Origin: a virus
Lineage: Duplodnaviria > Caudoviricetes
Virus record (IMG/VR): IMGVR_UViG_3300025120_000062
Coordinates: 1 to 56,926 of that record
DNA length: 56,926 nt
Reading direction: 5' to 3' (one strand)
Each line of letters starts with the position of its first letter. The stretch's first letter is position 1. The notes beneath the pieces were generated by a model. That model had not been told where the DNA came from and did no database searches. It saw nothing but the letters and a program-made list of their open reading frames with translations. Below, in pieces: positions 9,117 through 18,826 of this stretch. A program made the position numbers and the translations under genes.

Positions 9117-10978
9117 TATAGTCCTCTAGTTCCATCAGGTTTAATATCTAATCGAAGTGTTCCATATCTCCAATCATCATCAATAGCATCGCTTTCAACT
9201 CTTATAGCAAGTTGTCTACCTCTAATTCTTGTATCTTTTTTTGTTGTGCTTGTTGTTATATCAAAAGAACCATGAGACTTTTGATTTCCAGCAGGGTAAG
9301 GTCTTGTTTTTAATGTTAGATCTACAATTCCTGATTGTGATTTAAAGTCAGGTATAATTCTAGATATAGACATAAACTGATCACCATCTGCAATATCAAC
9401 ATCACCTGATTCTATATGAGCTAACATTGCAGCTCCATCATCATTTGATCCTACTTCATGTGCATAAATAAAAGTACGTCCTGCTTTTAATCCATTAATC
9501 GTAGAAATAGTTGTTGTTGTATCTTGTGATTCAAACTCTGCGGCATAAGGCTCATCATAAACTCCACGATCTGCCCAAGAACTTCTAGCTAACGTTCCTA
9601 CATACCATAAATTTTCTGCATAATTAAAAGTAACTTGTCTATCTATTTGTGTAGAATTTTTAGAAGGATAAAACCATATAACTTCATTAAAGTCTGTATT
9701 AGCTGCACAAAAGATATCTTGTTTTGCATTTTGATTTAAATCATCAAATACATGATCTTGCACTGTGCAAGGTATTTTTTGTACAGCACCATCAAATCTA
9801 AAAAAAGAATCGGTGCCCATCCAAAACGAGTTACCACCAACATCAACAGCAGCATGTAATCCTATACATCCACAAGCAGAACCAAGTTGATTAAAACCAA
9901 AAGTAAAAGGAGGCCCGATAAATTGCATTTGATATAAAGCTGTGTCTGTCCATACTAGTACAGCACCTCTAGATCTAACTGCTGTTTGAATAAAATTACC
10001 ATCTACTAATCTTTTAGAACCAGCAGTATTGGTTGCAGAAGGTGCCCAAACATTTTGTTGTTCTTGATCAGACCATCTTATAAACATATTATCTTGTGTG
10101 TTTGTTGAACCAATTGTTGTTTCTGTTCCAAAACAAATAACATGCCTGTCATCACCTGACACAAGCATAAATCTGCTTCTTGTAGGAGCTGTCGATACAT
10201 TAGTTACAGCCGCTAAATTACTAGATAATCCACTTGATGTATCCCAATAATAAAGACCACCATTAAATTGTAATGCTAAAGCATCTTCTCCCCAAGTATC
10301 AAGAGACCACTTTGCTGATTCCAACAACACACCTTGTCCTCCTGTTAATCCTGATCTTGTTGAGTTCCAAGTAGATGCTCCCCAGGTACCTGCACCCCAA
10401 CCATATCCAAACAAAGATACAGCAGATCCTGTATTAATTTGATAGGTTGCTGTAGCTGTTGCTCCTGTTGTAGTTGATGTAGCATTTGCAGGAGCCTCTA
10501 TTGTATATGTACTTGTAGAAGGAACTGTAAGAATTTCAAATTCACCTTGTAAATTAGCCTGTGATAAACCACCAATAGCTCCACTAACACTAGATATAGT
10601 AACAAAGTCACCTATTAATGCTCCGTGATCAGCGTCTGTTACAGTAACCGTTGAAGATGTATTAGTAGTGCCAAATTGTGTGATACTACCTGTAGCACGA
10701 GTGGGAGTTATATCAGCATAACTTCCTTCAGAATAAATATAAAGTTTTTTGTTTGTGCCGTACATAGCGTACTTAACACCATTTAGATCTGACCAAGTTA
10801 AAATAGCACGAGTTGCACCAACAAGTGCATCAGTTGTTACTTTTGTCCAACCACCAATTTTTTCAGGAAGTCCGTATCTAAAACGAACATTATCACAATC
10901 TATCCATCGTCCTTCTGCACCGTATTCAGTATTTTGTTTATCTATACCAGGTGCTATTTGCAATTTTGTTAAAGGCAT
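9116..10978 (-). CDS. tail/nozzle (P22 gp10-like head-closure/stabilisation) protein
   Basis: 620 aa beta-propeller-like; IRWSDQE, WTDTAL and FWMG motifs; position in a podovirus tail module. Confidence 0.65.
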   Translation of the reverse strand: MPLTKLQIAPGIDKQNTEYGAEGRWIDCDNVRFRYGLPEKIGGWTKVTTDALVGATRAILTWSDLNGVKYAMYGTNKKLYIYSEGSYADITPTRATGSITQFGTTNTSSTVTVTDADHGALIGDFVTISSVSGAIGGLSQANLQGEFEILTVPSTSTYTIEAPANATSTTTGATATATYQINTGSAVSLFGYGWGAGTWGASTWNSTRSGLTGGQGVLLESAKWSLDTWGEDALALQFNGGLYYWDTSSGLSSNLAAVTNVSTAPTRSRFMLVSGDDRHVICFGTETTIGSTNTQDNMFIRWSDQEQQNVWAPSATNTAGSKRLVDGNFIQTAVRSRGAVLVWTDTALYQMQFIGPPFTFGFNQLGSACGCIGLHAAVDVGGNSFWMGTDSFFRFDGAVQKIPCTVQDHVFDDLNQNAKQDIFCAANTDFNEVIWFYPSKNSTQIDRQVTFNYAENLWYVGTLARSSWADRGVYDEPYAAEFESQDTTTTISTINGLKAGRTFIYAHEVGSNDDGAAMLAHIESGDVDIADGDQFMSISRIIPDFKSQSGIVDLTLKTRPYPAGNQKSHGSFDITTSTTKKDTRIRGRQLAIRVESDAIDDDWRYGTLRLDIKPDGTRGL

Positions 10979-10986
10979 TGTAGCTC

Positions 10987-11994
10987 CTATACTGCTGTTT
11001 CATAAAATCTAATCCAACGATCTGTTCCGCCTATGTTAATTCTTAATGCTCCTGCTTTACTACTAGCTTCAGCAGTTGAAGAAGATAAACTAGCACTACT
11101 ATCACTAGCTGAAGTACCCTCAAAATATAGAAACTCTTGATCTTGATCATCTTGATCTAGAGATAAACAAGCAATAGCTCCTGAAGTATTAGCTTGATTA
11201 ATTTCTACACTTGCATTAGCAGGTGTGTTTGTTCCAAAACCAATTTTGTCTGCAGAACCGTCAATAAAAAATGCGTTAGCTAAAGTATTTGTTTCAGCTC
11301 TGAAATCTACTGAAGCACCTGAATCATTAAAAGTAAATCCACCACCATCAAAGTCAATAGAACCTGTTGCTTTAATACCACCAACAACATGTAGTTCTGT
11401 AGAAGGAGAAGCTGTTTTTATACCTACTCTATCATTACCTGCATCAGTGAAAAATAAGTTTGCATCACCATTACCTTCAATTCTAAAATCTACATCAGCA
11501 CTAGATTCATTAAAAACAAAAGTACCCCCATCAAGAGAAGTGTTACCTGATACTGTTAGTGTTCCATTAGCTTTGACATTGCCTGCGTCAGCCAAAACAT
11601 CAAACATTGTAGAACCGTCGGAATAAAGTATATGCTTAGATCCTGCTACAAGGTTCGTTGCTGTACCACCTGCAGGTTTAAAACCTAGAGTGTGTGTACT
11701 CATACTTGTTGCATTATCAACAATATACCAAGTCTCTACGGCTTCACATTGCATGGTAGTATTACCTGTTAGTGTGCCTGTTAATTTTATAATAGCATTA
11801 CTTTGCTCATCTGCAGTTGTACCATCAGCAACTGTTAAAGCATCAGTCGTACTTGCTACTGCAACAGAGACATAGCCTTTGACCCCTGATTCTACTTTTT
11901 GTAAATTATTATTGGTAATTGTACCCCAAGTTCCAGAGTTTTCACCGGTAGCTTGGATTTCTAAATTAAGTGAGCTTGAGTATGTTGATGCCAT
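10987..11994 (-). CDS. tail fibre/spike protein
   Basis: N-terminal MASTYS...GENSGTWG virion-attachment motif; RVGIKTASP/KIGFGTNTP fibre repeats. Confidence 0.65.
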   Translation of the reverse strand: MASTYSSSLNLEIQATGENSGTWGTITNNNLQKVESGVKGYVSVAVASTTDALTVADGTTADEQSNAIIKLTGTLTGNTTMQCEAVETWYIVDNATSMSTHTLGFKPAGGTATNLVAGSKHILYSDGSTMFDVLADAGNVKANGTLTVSGNTSLDGGTFVFNESSADVDFRIEGNGDANLFFTDAGNDRVGIKTASPSTELHVVGGIKATGSIDFDGGGFTFNDSGASVDFRAETNTLANAFFIDGSADKIGFGTNTPANASVEINQANTSGAIACLSLDQDDQDQEFLYFEGTSASDSSASLSSSTAEASSKAGALRINIGGTDRWIRFYETAV

Positions 11995-12003
11995 GTTTTA
12001 ATC

Positions 12004-12471
12004 CTATCCTACGTCATCCAATAATGCAGCTACGATACAAGTAGCACTTGCATCTCCTGCGTCACCTATATCTGAACTAATAGCATGGATGTCTGCTACA
12101 GTTACGTTAGGTAATCTTCCAAACCATGATTGCTCTGGTCCTATAAATATGCCATCAGCTAAGTTAAAAGCTGCTGTTCCTGCATCTATTGATAACATAA
12201 TGCCGTCCGCAGTGCTAGTATTTTTAACAAATAAAAACTTGACTTTGTCTCCTGTAGCTATAGCTGTCGGAGCTGTATCTTGATCTACTGCTGTATAATC
12301 TAAAAAATGGCCTGCTATGAGATCTGCACTTGTTGTAGTAACAGCAGTCTTCTTATAATACCATTTATCGTTGACATCATCAGGGGTAACTGTCATTGAA
12401 CCACTAATAGTGGTAGCTATCTCATCTGGTAATAATGTTACTGATAAACTTACTGTTGCGTCATTGGCCAT
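12004..12471 (-). CDS. hypothetical structural protein
   Basis: 155 aa ORF in the tail operon, coupled to the upstream gene. Confidence 0.6.
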   Translation of the reverse strand: MANDATVSLSVTLLPDEIATTISGSMTVTPDDVNDKWYYKKTAVTTTSADLIAGHFLDYTAVDQDTAPTAIATGDKVKFLFVKNTSTADGIMLSIDAGTAAFNLADGIFIGPEQSWFGRLPNVTVADIHAISSDIGDAGDASATCIVAALLDDVG

Positions 12472-12863
12472 TAATCTGTGCTCCCTGGTTCTACATCAAT
12501 CCATGTTACAGTTTGAGAATCATCTATCTCACTCCATAAAAAGAAGTTTGGTGTTCCTAAACTAAAGTTAATAATATTTTGAAATGATTCACCAAATGCT
12601 GTCTCATCTCCAATACTAGCAGCAAATTGACTACCTGTAGAGGAAACATTTGCTCCTGCTGTAACTGTTTCATTACCTATACTTGAAGTAATTCCAGGTC
12701 CTGTTGTTGCAAACACAGCAGATCCTGTCATACCTAATGTACCAGAACCCACAGTTCCTATGCTTTGACCTAGAGTCAGTTCAACAGTTCCTGCATTAAT
12801 AACAGTTCCAGGTAGCGCTTCTGCTACTCCAAATTGTCCTATTGCTCCGTGTCCTAATAACAT
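12471..12863 (-). CDS. hypothetical structural protein (Gly/Thr-rich)
   Basis: 130 aa; beta-repeat-like; C-terminal WSEIDDSQTVTW. Confidence 0.6.
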   Translation of the reverse strand: MLLGHGAIGQFGVAEALPGTVINAGTVELTLGQSIGTVGSGTLGMTGSAVFATTGPGITSSIGNETVTAGANVSSTGSQFAASIGDETAFGESFQNIINFSLGTPNFFLWSEIDDSQTVTWIDVEPGSTD

Positions 12864-12865
12864 AT

Positions 12866-13195
12866 TTATCCTTTAGGGTTATCTGATTTAACTTTAGCTA
12901 TTGCGTCTTTCCAAGTAGTTGTTGAGTTAACATTATCCCAATATTGCATATCTAATTGGTCTTGGATTGACGGATATTCTGTTTGCCTTTTGTTTAAGAC
13001 ACCTGATAAAGTTTCTGCTGTATTACCTGCAGATTCATATGATGCTATTTGAGAATCAGTTGGTTTAGTAAAACTATATGTCCATGTTTTAATATAATCT
13101 CCACTACCATCATTTTGTAAAGATACTTTTGTAGCATCCCATGTTGCAGAGTTTGCTTCTATATATAATTTAATTTTTGTAGATAAGTTTGCCAT
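12866..13195 (-). CDS. tail-fibre assembly chaperone (XkdW-like), copy 1
   Basis: LQNDGSGDYIKTW and EYPSIQDQLDMQYWD motifs; follows a fibre gene; paralogue of 17269..17613. Confidence 0.6.
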   Translation of the reverse strand: MANLSTKIKLYIEANSATWDATKVSLQNDGSGDYIKTWTYSFTKPTDSQIASYESAGNTAETLSGVLNKRQTEYPSIQDQLDMQYWDNVNSTTTWKDAIAKVKSDNPKG

Positions 13196-13196
13196 A

Positions 13197-14093
13197 TTAT
13201 ACTCCTATAATTTTAAATCCTGACATGAATGTGTTGGCGGCTGTTGCGTTTTGTGTTCCACCTTCATTGTGATACGCATAACCTTCAACATAGTCATTTG
13301 CATCTAAATAGAAAAAAGATGTAGTTGATAAAAATCTATCTCCATTAGAATCATTACCTTGATGATAATGTTTTCCATACTGATAATCAGAACCATTTTT
13401 ATAAAAACTAATTTGTGCAATCTCAGCACTGTCTACATTAGGTATATAAGTTCCTAATGTTAGTTGATAATAACCTGCTACTGTAGGTGTAAATCTACTA
13501 TTAGCAAATTTACTATCTGAATCTAAAGTTTCTGTTCCAAGTACTAGTTTAGTCCAAGTGTCATGAGATATTGATTGATTAGTGGCTGATACAGCAAAAA
13601 AAGCAGGTGTGTTTGCTAAGTTTGTACTACCTGATACTGTTAATGTTGCACCTGAATCTACTGTTAAGGTTGAGCCTGATAATACATTCATTGCGTTAGC
13701 TGAAAATTTAAAATCGTCTGCTCCTGCAATCTTAACATCTATCTGGTCATCTGTACTTGCATGAAGACTTGTGTCACCATCTGCATCTAATATTAACTCT
13801 GAACCATTAAGGTCAGAACCTAGAGGTCCTCCGACTGCACCAGATATCTCTACAATAAAGATTGATGCTCCACTTGCAGGTGCTGTAGTAAATGTAATTG
13901 CTGTACCACCTGTAGACAAAGTATAGTCTGTTCCTGGTTTCTGTATTACACCATCGTGAGACACGAGGAGTTGTGCAGGGGAACCTACCTGTGTACCTAG
14001 AGCAAAGGCTGTATTAGAACCATTGTAGGTATTACCACTTGTATCTAGTGTGGTAAATGTTCCGTTTTTAATTGATTGTCCTATATATGCCAT
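13197..14093 (-). CDS. tail fibre protein with C1q-like C-terminal head, copy 1
   Basis: MAYIG N-terminus; GVIQKPGTDYT Ig-like module; C-terminal PAFF...RFTPTVAGYY...DANDYVE...FSGF C1q/TNF-like pattern. Confidence 0.65.
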   Translation of the reverse strand: MAYIGQSIKNGTFTTLDTSGNTYNGSNTAFALGTQVGSPAQLLVSHDGVIQKPGTDYTLSTGGTAITFTTAPASGASIFIVEISGAVGGPLGSDLNGSELILDADGDTSLHASTDDQIDVKIAGADDFKFSANAMNVLSGSTLTVDSGATLTVSGSTNLANTPAFFAVSATNQSISHDTWTKLVLGTETLDSDSKFANSRFTPTVAGYYQLTLGTYIPNVDSAEIAQISFYKNGSDYQYGKHYHQGNDSNGDRFLSTTSFFYLDANDYVEGYAYHNEGGTQNATAANTFMSGFKIIGV

Positions 14094-14338
14094 TATTTAT
14101 CCCCTAGTTTATCTGTGTCCCAAACCGCTTTAATTTCATCTACTGTTGTTTTTGAATCTACCTGTGCAGGAAAGTTTCTTAATTCATTTTTTTTAGTTAT
14201 AATAGCAGAGGTATCTGAACCTGCCTCTTGAGCCTTTATAAATTCAATATCTAAAGCTATTAGTTTAGGTTCTCTAGCTGTTCTAATTTTATCTTTCCAA
14301 ATTTCTTTGGCTTTTGTTATATCTATTGTAATACCCAT
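14093..14338 (-). CDS. tail-fibre-associated small protein
   Basis: 81 aa; KAKEIWKDKIR...LD..F.KA.E chaperone-like pattern. Confidence 0.55.
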   Translation of the reverse strand: MGITIDITKAKEIWKDKIRTAREPKLIALDIEFIKAQEAGSDTSAIITKKNELRNFPAQVDSKTTVDEIKAVWDTDKLGDK

Positions 14339-14553
14339 TAGTCTCCTACCCCGTCTGTCAATTCAGATACATCAATAGTCCAAGCATTTCTAAAAGTTCT
14401 ATCACTAGATATATCTGATACATCTACAATTTTATACTTTAATCCTGTGGGTACATCTTTAAGTGCTATTTGTTCTACTGTTAAATCACATTCTGCAGGA
14501 ACTATTATTCCTACTGTTCCGTCTGAATTTTTATATATTATTCTTTTATTCAT
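14338..14553 (-). CDS. tail-fibre-associated small protein
   Basis: 71 aa; RIIY...KDVP...SDRTFRNAW pattern, coupled to 14093..14338. Confidence 0.55.
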   Translation of the reverse strand: MNKRIIYKNSDGTVGIIVPAECDLTVEQIALKDVPTGLKYKIVDVSDISSDRTFRNAWTIDVSELTDGVGD

Positions 14554-14562
14554 ATTTTTAAC

Positions 14563-15021
14563 CTACCTAAGTATAACTACATTTCCATTTTGTACATTAT
14601 TTGTTGCCGCATTTCCACTACCAGAATCACCTATAGCATGACTAAGCCTTATACTACCTACTGCATAAGCTGCATCTCCATCAAATCCACCACCTGTAGC
14701 ACGAGGACCTAAACCTGATATTCTTCTTGCGTTGTCAGTAGAAACGGCACCAATAGCAACAACCGTATAATTAACATCAGGCATATTAGTACTAAAATTT
14801 ACTGAATAATCGCCTGTACCATTGTCTGTGAGACTGCTAACATTTCCACTAGCTCGAATAGCAACTGTTCCTTCACCATTAAAGTTAATAAATGCTCTTG
14901 CAGAGTAACTTGGTGGAGAACCAGTAGCTGTTGATAAACTTGTTACTCCAGTTGTTGTACCTGTAAATGCGAAGGTATCGCTTAAATCTATTCCTGTTGA
15001 ATCTACTTTTGTTTTACTCAT
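14563..15021 (-). CDS. putative receptor-binding/tail tip module
   Basis: shared N-terminal SK...IDLSDTFAFTGTTTG motif, then an ARAFINFNG...SSLTDNGTGDYSVNF fibre-tip-like domain. Confidence 0.6.
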   Translation of the reverse strand: MSKTKVDSTGIDLSDTFAFTGTTTGVTSLSTATGSPPSYSARAFINFNGEGTVAIRASGNVSSLTDNGTGDYSVNFSTNMPDVNYTVVAIGAVSTDNARRISGLGPRATGGGFDGDAAYAVGSIRLSHAIGDSGSGNAATNNVQNGNVVILR

Positions 15022-15030
15022 TTATCTCTC

Positions 15031-15318
15031 CTATGGCTTTGTTGGCCATGTTGCGTTTTCACACTTGGCTACTGTATCTTTACCTGATGGTAAATCTCTT
15101 AATGCTTGTCTATATGTCTTCATGTTATCAGTAAGTGTACTATCTGACAAAGCTAAGTAATCTGTTTCTACAAGGAGTCTATTTCTCTTACTTCTTAATT
15201 CTTCTAAGGCTCTAGCAGGTGCTGCATTTGCCCATGCTGCTTCTTCGTTGTCTCTTGCTGTTTCTTCAGCATCAGTAAACTGTACCTTTACTCCGTTTAT
15301 ATTATGATATCTAGGCAT
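15031..15318 (-). CDS. phage tail assembly chaperone
   Basis: LRSKRNRLLVETDYLALSD...YRQALRDLP...WPTKP pattern. Confidence 0.75.
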   Translation of the reverse strand: MPRYHNINGVKVQFTDAEETARDNEEAAWANAAPARALEELRSKRNRLLVETDYLALSDSTLTDNMKTYRQALRDLPSGKDTVAKCENATWPTKP

Positions 15319-15351
15319 TTTTGACTCCTCTCCATTTTATACCATTAATGA

Positions 15352-15966
15352 TCACAGAACACCATACATTTTTATGGTTCCTGAATCTATGTTTCCACTA
15401 TTCATTTTAAACTGTATGGCATCTATGGCTGATGTTGTATTAAAATATCCCGCAACAAAACCTCCGTAACTGCCTGCCTCACCATAACCATTTGTTTGGG
15501 ATGTAAAATGTTTTACAAAAGTTGTTGAACTAGGGTCAAATAATTGTAATTCTCCCACCATACATTCATCATTGCCATTACCCACATATGGCACTAACCA
15601 TTGAAAACCAGTTCCTTGAGCAAGGTCTTTTCCCGTTTCATAAGAAAGTTGAGTAGGTGAATCATCCTCATCATGCCTTGTTTGAAAAAATGAGGAAGTC
15701 TTTGCAACATTATAATTACTTCCTGTGTCTAAGCTACCATTAAATAATAAGTAAGTACCTGCTGAAGGATGTAAATTTATAAATTTAAATACATAACTTT
15801 GATAGGTATTATCTATACCACTAGTAAAACTTAAAGTAGGACTAGAACTAGCTGTTAATGTTTGAAGTAAAACTAAGTTCCTAGTTACTGTATCTGTAAC
15901 TGTGCCACTAAAAGCATAGGTAGCTGTTAGGTCAATAGATTCTGCTTGTACCTTACTAAGTGACAT
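15352..15966 (-). CDS. putative receptor-binding/tail module, paralogue A
   Basis: 204 aa; full-length similarity to the next two ORFs (LQTLTASSS, FVKHF, TSAIDAIQF, SGTIKMYG). Confidence 0.6.
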   Translation of the reverse strand: MSLSKVQAESIDLTATYAFSGTVTDTVTRNLVLLQTLTASSSPTLSFTSGIDNTYQSYVFKFINLHPSAGTYLLFNGSLDTGSNYNVAKTSSFFQTRHDEDDSPTQLSYETGKDLAQGTGFQWLVPYVGNGNDECMVGELQLFDPSSTTFVKHFTSQTNGYGEAGSYGGFVAGYFNTTSAIDAIQFKMNSGNIDSGTIKMYGVL

Positions 15967-16601
15967 TATAATATTCCATAAAGTTTAATTGTTCCTGAAT
16001 CTACATTACCTGACGACATTTTAAATTGTACTGCATCTATTGCTGCTGTTACATTACAATATCCTGAAACATGAAGATGATTTACATATCCATTAGTTGT
16101 TAAAGTTATACTTTCTGACATAAAATTTTTTACAAAAGTTGTAGATGAGGGATTAAATAAATACATTTCTCCACTAGAACTTTCATCATTATCATTTCCT
16201 AAATATCTAAGTATAGTTTGAAATCCTGTTCCTTGAGCAATATCTAAACCATCTATATAACTAACTTGAGCGGTGCTGTCCCCTTCATCATGAATAGCTT
16301 CAAAATACGTTGTAGTTTTAGTAGCGTCATAGGCACTTCCGCCATCTCTAAATCCTACTTGTAAATCTACTTCATCTCCAGAAGCGTGTATATTAATAAA
16401 TTTAAATAAATATGTTTTATATGTATTATCTAAAACAACACTACTTGCACCATTTACAAAAGTTAAGTCACCACTAGAACTAGCCGTTAAAGTTTTAATT
16501 AACACTAATTGATTTGTACCTGTTGCTCCAGTTGTTGTGCCTGTAAATGCATAGTTGTCTGTCAAATCAAAAGATGCAGGTTTAAATTTACTAAGTGCCA
16601 T
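15966..16601 (-). CDS. putative receptor-binding/tail module, paralogue B
   Basis: 211 aa; same motifs as paralogues A and C. Confidence 0.6.
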   Translation of the reverse strand: MALSKFKPASFDLTDNYAFTGTTTGATGTNQLVLIKTLTASSSGDLTFVNGASSVVLDNTYKTYLFKFINIHASGDEVDLQVGFRDGGSAYDATKTTTYFEAIHDEGDSTAQVSYIDGLDIAQGTGFQTILRYLGNDNDESSSGEMYLFNPSSTTFVKNFMSESITLTTNGYVNHLHVSGYCNVTAAIDAVQFKMSSGNVDSGTIKLYGIL

Positions 16602-17266
16602 TACGCTACTCCAAACAAACTAATTGTACCACCTTGTATTTCTCCAGATGACATTATAAATCTAATATTATTAATAGCAGAAGTTGTATTTGCATATCCT
16701 GTAGTATAGTTATCAATTGCATATCCTGCCGTATTACCATTTGCACTACCAAAGTGATAATATTGATGTCTACATATAAAATGTTTTACAAACGTAGTAG
16801 AACTAGGATTAAACAATCGCATAACACCTGCACCTGCTTCATCATTTCCATTACCTAAATCGTTCATAATGATTTGTTCTCCAGTTCCCTGTGCTGAATC
16901 TTGACCTGTTCTATATTGTAATTGACCTCCGCCACTTTCTACTTGTTCTGACCAAAAAGCAGTAGAAGTTTTTGCAATATTATAATTAGAGCCGTTATCA
17001 ATACTTACATTAAAAGTTAATTCTGCTCCATCAGTTTCAGGGTGTATATTATTGAATATAAATAAATACTCATCAAAAGTAGATGTTATAAGAGAACTAT
17101 TAAATGTTGCATTATCGTCAGAACCATCAGATGTAAATGTAGATAGTAAAGTTAAAGGTGTTTTATCAAATCCTGTTACTGTACCACTAAAAGCAAAAGT
17201 ATCTGCAAGATTAACTGCAGGTGATTTTATTTTAGATAAGGCTGTTCCTACTTCTCCGAAAGCCAT
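16601..17266 (-). CDS. putative receptor-binding/tail module, paralogue C
   Basis: 221 aa; same motifs as paralogues A and B. Confidence 0.6.
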   Translation of the reverse strand: MAFGEVGTALSKIKSPAVNLADTFAFSGTVTGFDKTPLTLLSTFTSDGSDDNATFNSSLITSTFDEYLFIFNNIHPETDGAELTFNVSIDNGSNYNIAKTSTAFWSEQVESGGGQLQYRTGQDSAQGTGEQIIMNDLGNGNDEAGAGVMRLFNPSSTTFVKHFICRHQYYHFGSANGNTAGYAIDNYTTGYANTTSAINNIRFIMSSGEIQGGTISLFGVA

Positions 17267-17268
17267 AG

Positions 17269-17613
17269 TTACCCCTTACTGTTTGCGTCTTTCACTGCTT
17301 TAATATGCGTGTACCAAGAACCTGTTTTATCTAATTTACCATCATCAATATCGTGATATAATTTATCTAATTGTTCCTGCCATGTTAAATACTCTGTTTT
17401 TCTTTTTTTTAAAACACTTATCAAAGTTTCTGCTGTATTACCTGCGGTCTCATACGAAGCTATTTGTGAATCGCTTGGTTTTGCAAGTCCTTCATATGTC
17501 CATGATTTTATGTAATCTCCACTACCATCATTTTGTAAAGATACTTTTTCATCATCCCAAGTTTTAGAGTTTGCCTCTATATATAATTTTACTTTTGTGT
17601 ATAAACTAGCCAT
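17269..17613 (-). CDS. tail-fibre assembly chaperone (XkdW-like), copy 2
   Basis: near-identical N-terminal half to 12866..13195; EYLTWQEQLDKLYHD. Confidence 0.6.
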   Translation of the reverse strand: MASLYTKVKLYIEANSKTWDDEKVSLQNDGSGDYIKSWTYEGLAKPSDSQIASYETAGNTAETLISVLKKRKTEYLTWQEQLDKLYHDIDDGKLDKTGSWYTHIKAVKDANSKG

Positions 17614-17614
17614 A

Positions 17615-18466
17615 TTAAATTCCTATTAATTTGTATGCTCCAAATCCAGATTCTGTATTCCTAACATTAGTGTTTTCTCCAGATGTATGTTGAACAAACA
17701 TTTCTATATAATCGTCTGCATCTAATTCTATAATACCTGTTCCTTCAACTCTCATGGTTTGTGAAGCAGCAGAAGAATAAATTTTTTGTTGTCCAGATAT
17801 TAAAAAATTACTTCCATTTTTACGAAGTCTTACAGCAGCAGTATGACCATCATCTATGTTACTTTCAAAACAAGCTGCCATAAAAAATACATATTTTCCT
17901 ACTATTCCTGGAGTAAAGCGGTAGTTAGAACTATTATCATATTTCCCATCTGAATCCCATTGTTCAACATCAAAGTTTATTCTAGTTAAAGTATTGTTTG
18001 CTACTACTTGGTCACTTGTTAGAGTAGCATAAAAACTAGGTGTATTTTGAAAAAACTGTGCGTCTATTCTTTTTATTGTTCCTGCGTCAGATATTAATAA
18101 CTCATCAGTTGTTGCAGGAATTGCAGCTAAAGCTGTGTGTCCTGATATAACATCATTAGAAAAAGAAGAAGCCTGTACTGTTCCTTCTCCTGCACTAATT
18201 GTAGCTACAGCTTTTGCTTGATGAATGACATAAATATTATTAGTACCATTTCCAGGTGCTGCTGCAAAAGTAAGTGTAACACCACTTAAGCTATAAGCAC
18301 TATTCGGGTCTTGTCTTACATTTTCTACAAAGACTTCTATGTCAAATGTTGAAGTAGGTGCTACATCTAATGTGAAAGCAGTCGCACTGCCATTACCACT
18401 AAACCTTTTACCTTGTAAAGACTGAAAAGTATTGTTGGTATCTATAGGTGTACCAAGATATCCCAT
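17615..18466 (-). CDS. tail fibre protein with C1q-like head, copy 2
   Basis: MGYLG N-terminus; ENVRQDPNSAY module; C-terminal PSFYA...RFTPGIVGKY...DADDYIE pattern. Confidence 0.65.
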   Translation of the reverse strand: MGYLGTPIDTNNTFQSLQGKRFSGNGSATAFTLDVAPTSTFDIEVFVENVRQDPNSAYSLSGVTLTFAAAPGNGTNNIYVIHQAKAVATISAGEGTVQASSFSNDVISGHTALAAIPATTDELLISDAGTIKRIDAQFFQNTPSFYATLTSDQVVANNTLTRINFDVEQWDSDGKYDNSSNYRFTPGIVGKYVFFMAACFESNIDDGHTAAVRLRKNGSNFLISGQQKIYSSAASQTMRVEGTGIIELDADDYIEMFVQHTSGENTNVRNTESGFGAYKLIGI

Positions 18467-18467
18467 T

Positions 18468-18815
18468 CTATGTAATCTCCATTACTGATAAAATTATGTC
18501 TGCTGCTGCTGAAGATGTTAGTGAAAGAGCATCAGTTGTTTCCATCACAACTTTATTTCCCGCTAACAATTCCAAAGTTCCACCAACAGGAACGGGTGCA
18601 TTGGTCACTAATTCAACTGTTTGATTAGCTTCGTTATTTGCTCCTGCTCTATTGGAAGTATCTGAAGCCAAACTAACTGTTACAGTAATTTGACTAGTTG
18701 TTGTGTTACCTATCATAATACCAAGAAGTACGGTTGTTGTACTACTTGCTACTGTATAAATAACGTCAGCACTAGTTACTCCTGCTTTAGTTATTGTTTT
18801 GAACGTATTTGCCAT
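18468..18815 (-). CDS. small structural/tail protein
   Basis: 115 aa; MANTFK...GNKVVMETTD...SVMEIT. Confidence 0.6.
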   Translation of the reverse strand: MANTFKTITKAGVTSADVIYTVASSTTTVLLGIMIGNTTTSQITVTVSLASDTSNRAGANNEANQTVELVTNAPVPVGGTLELLAGNKVVMETTDALSLTSSAAADIILSVMEIT

Positions 18816-18826
18816 CTATCCTCCTA

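Noticed and set aside
12866-18466. Diversity-generating retroelement or invertible tail cassette
   Set aside because: No reverse transcriptase or invertase; paralogue differences are not adenine-specific; the repeats are direct, not inverted.
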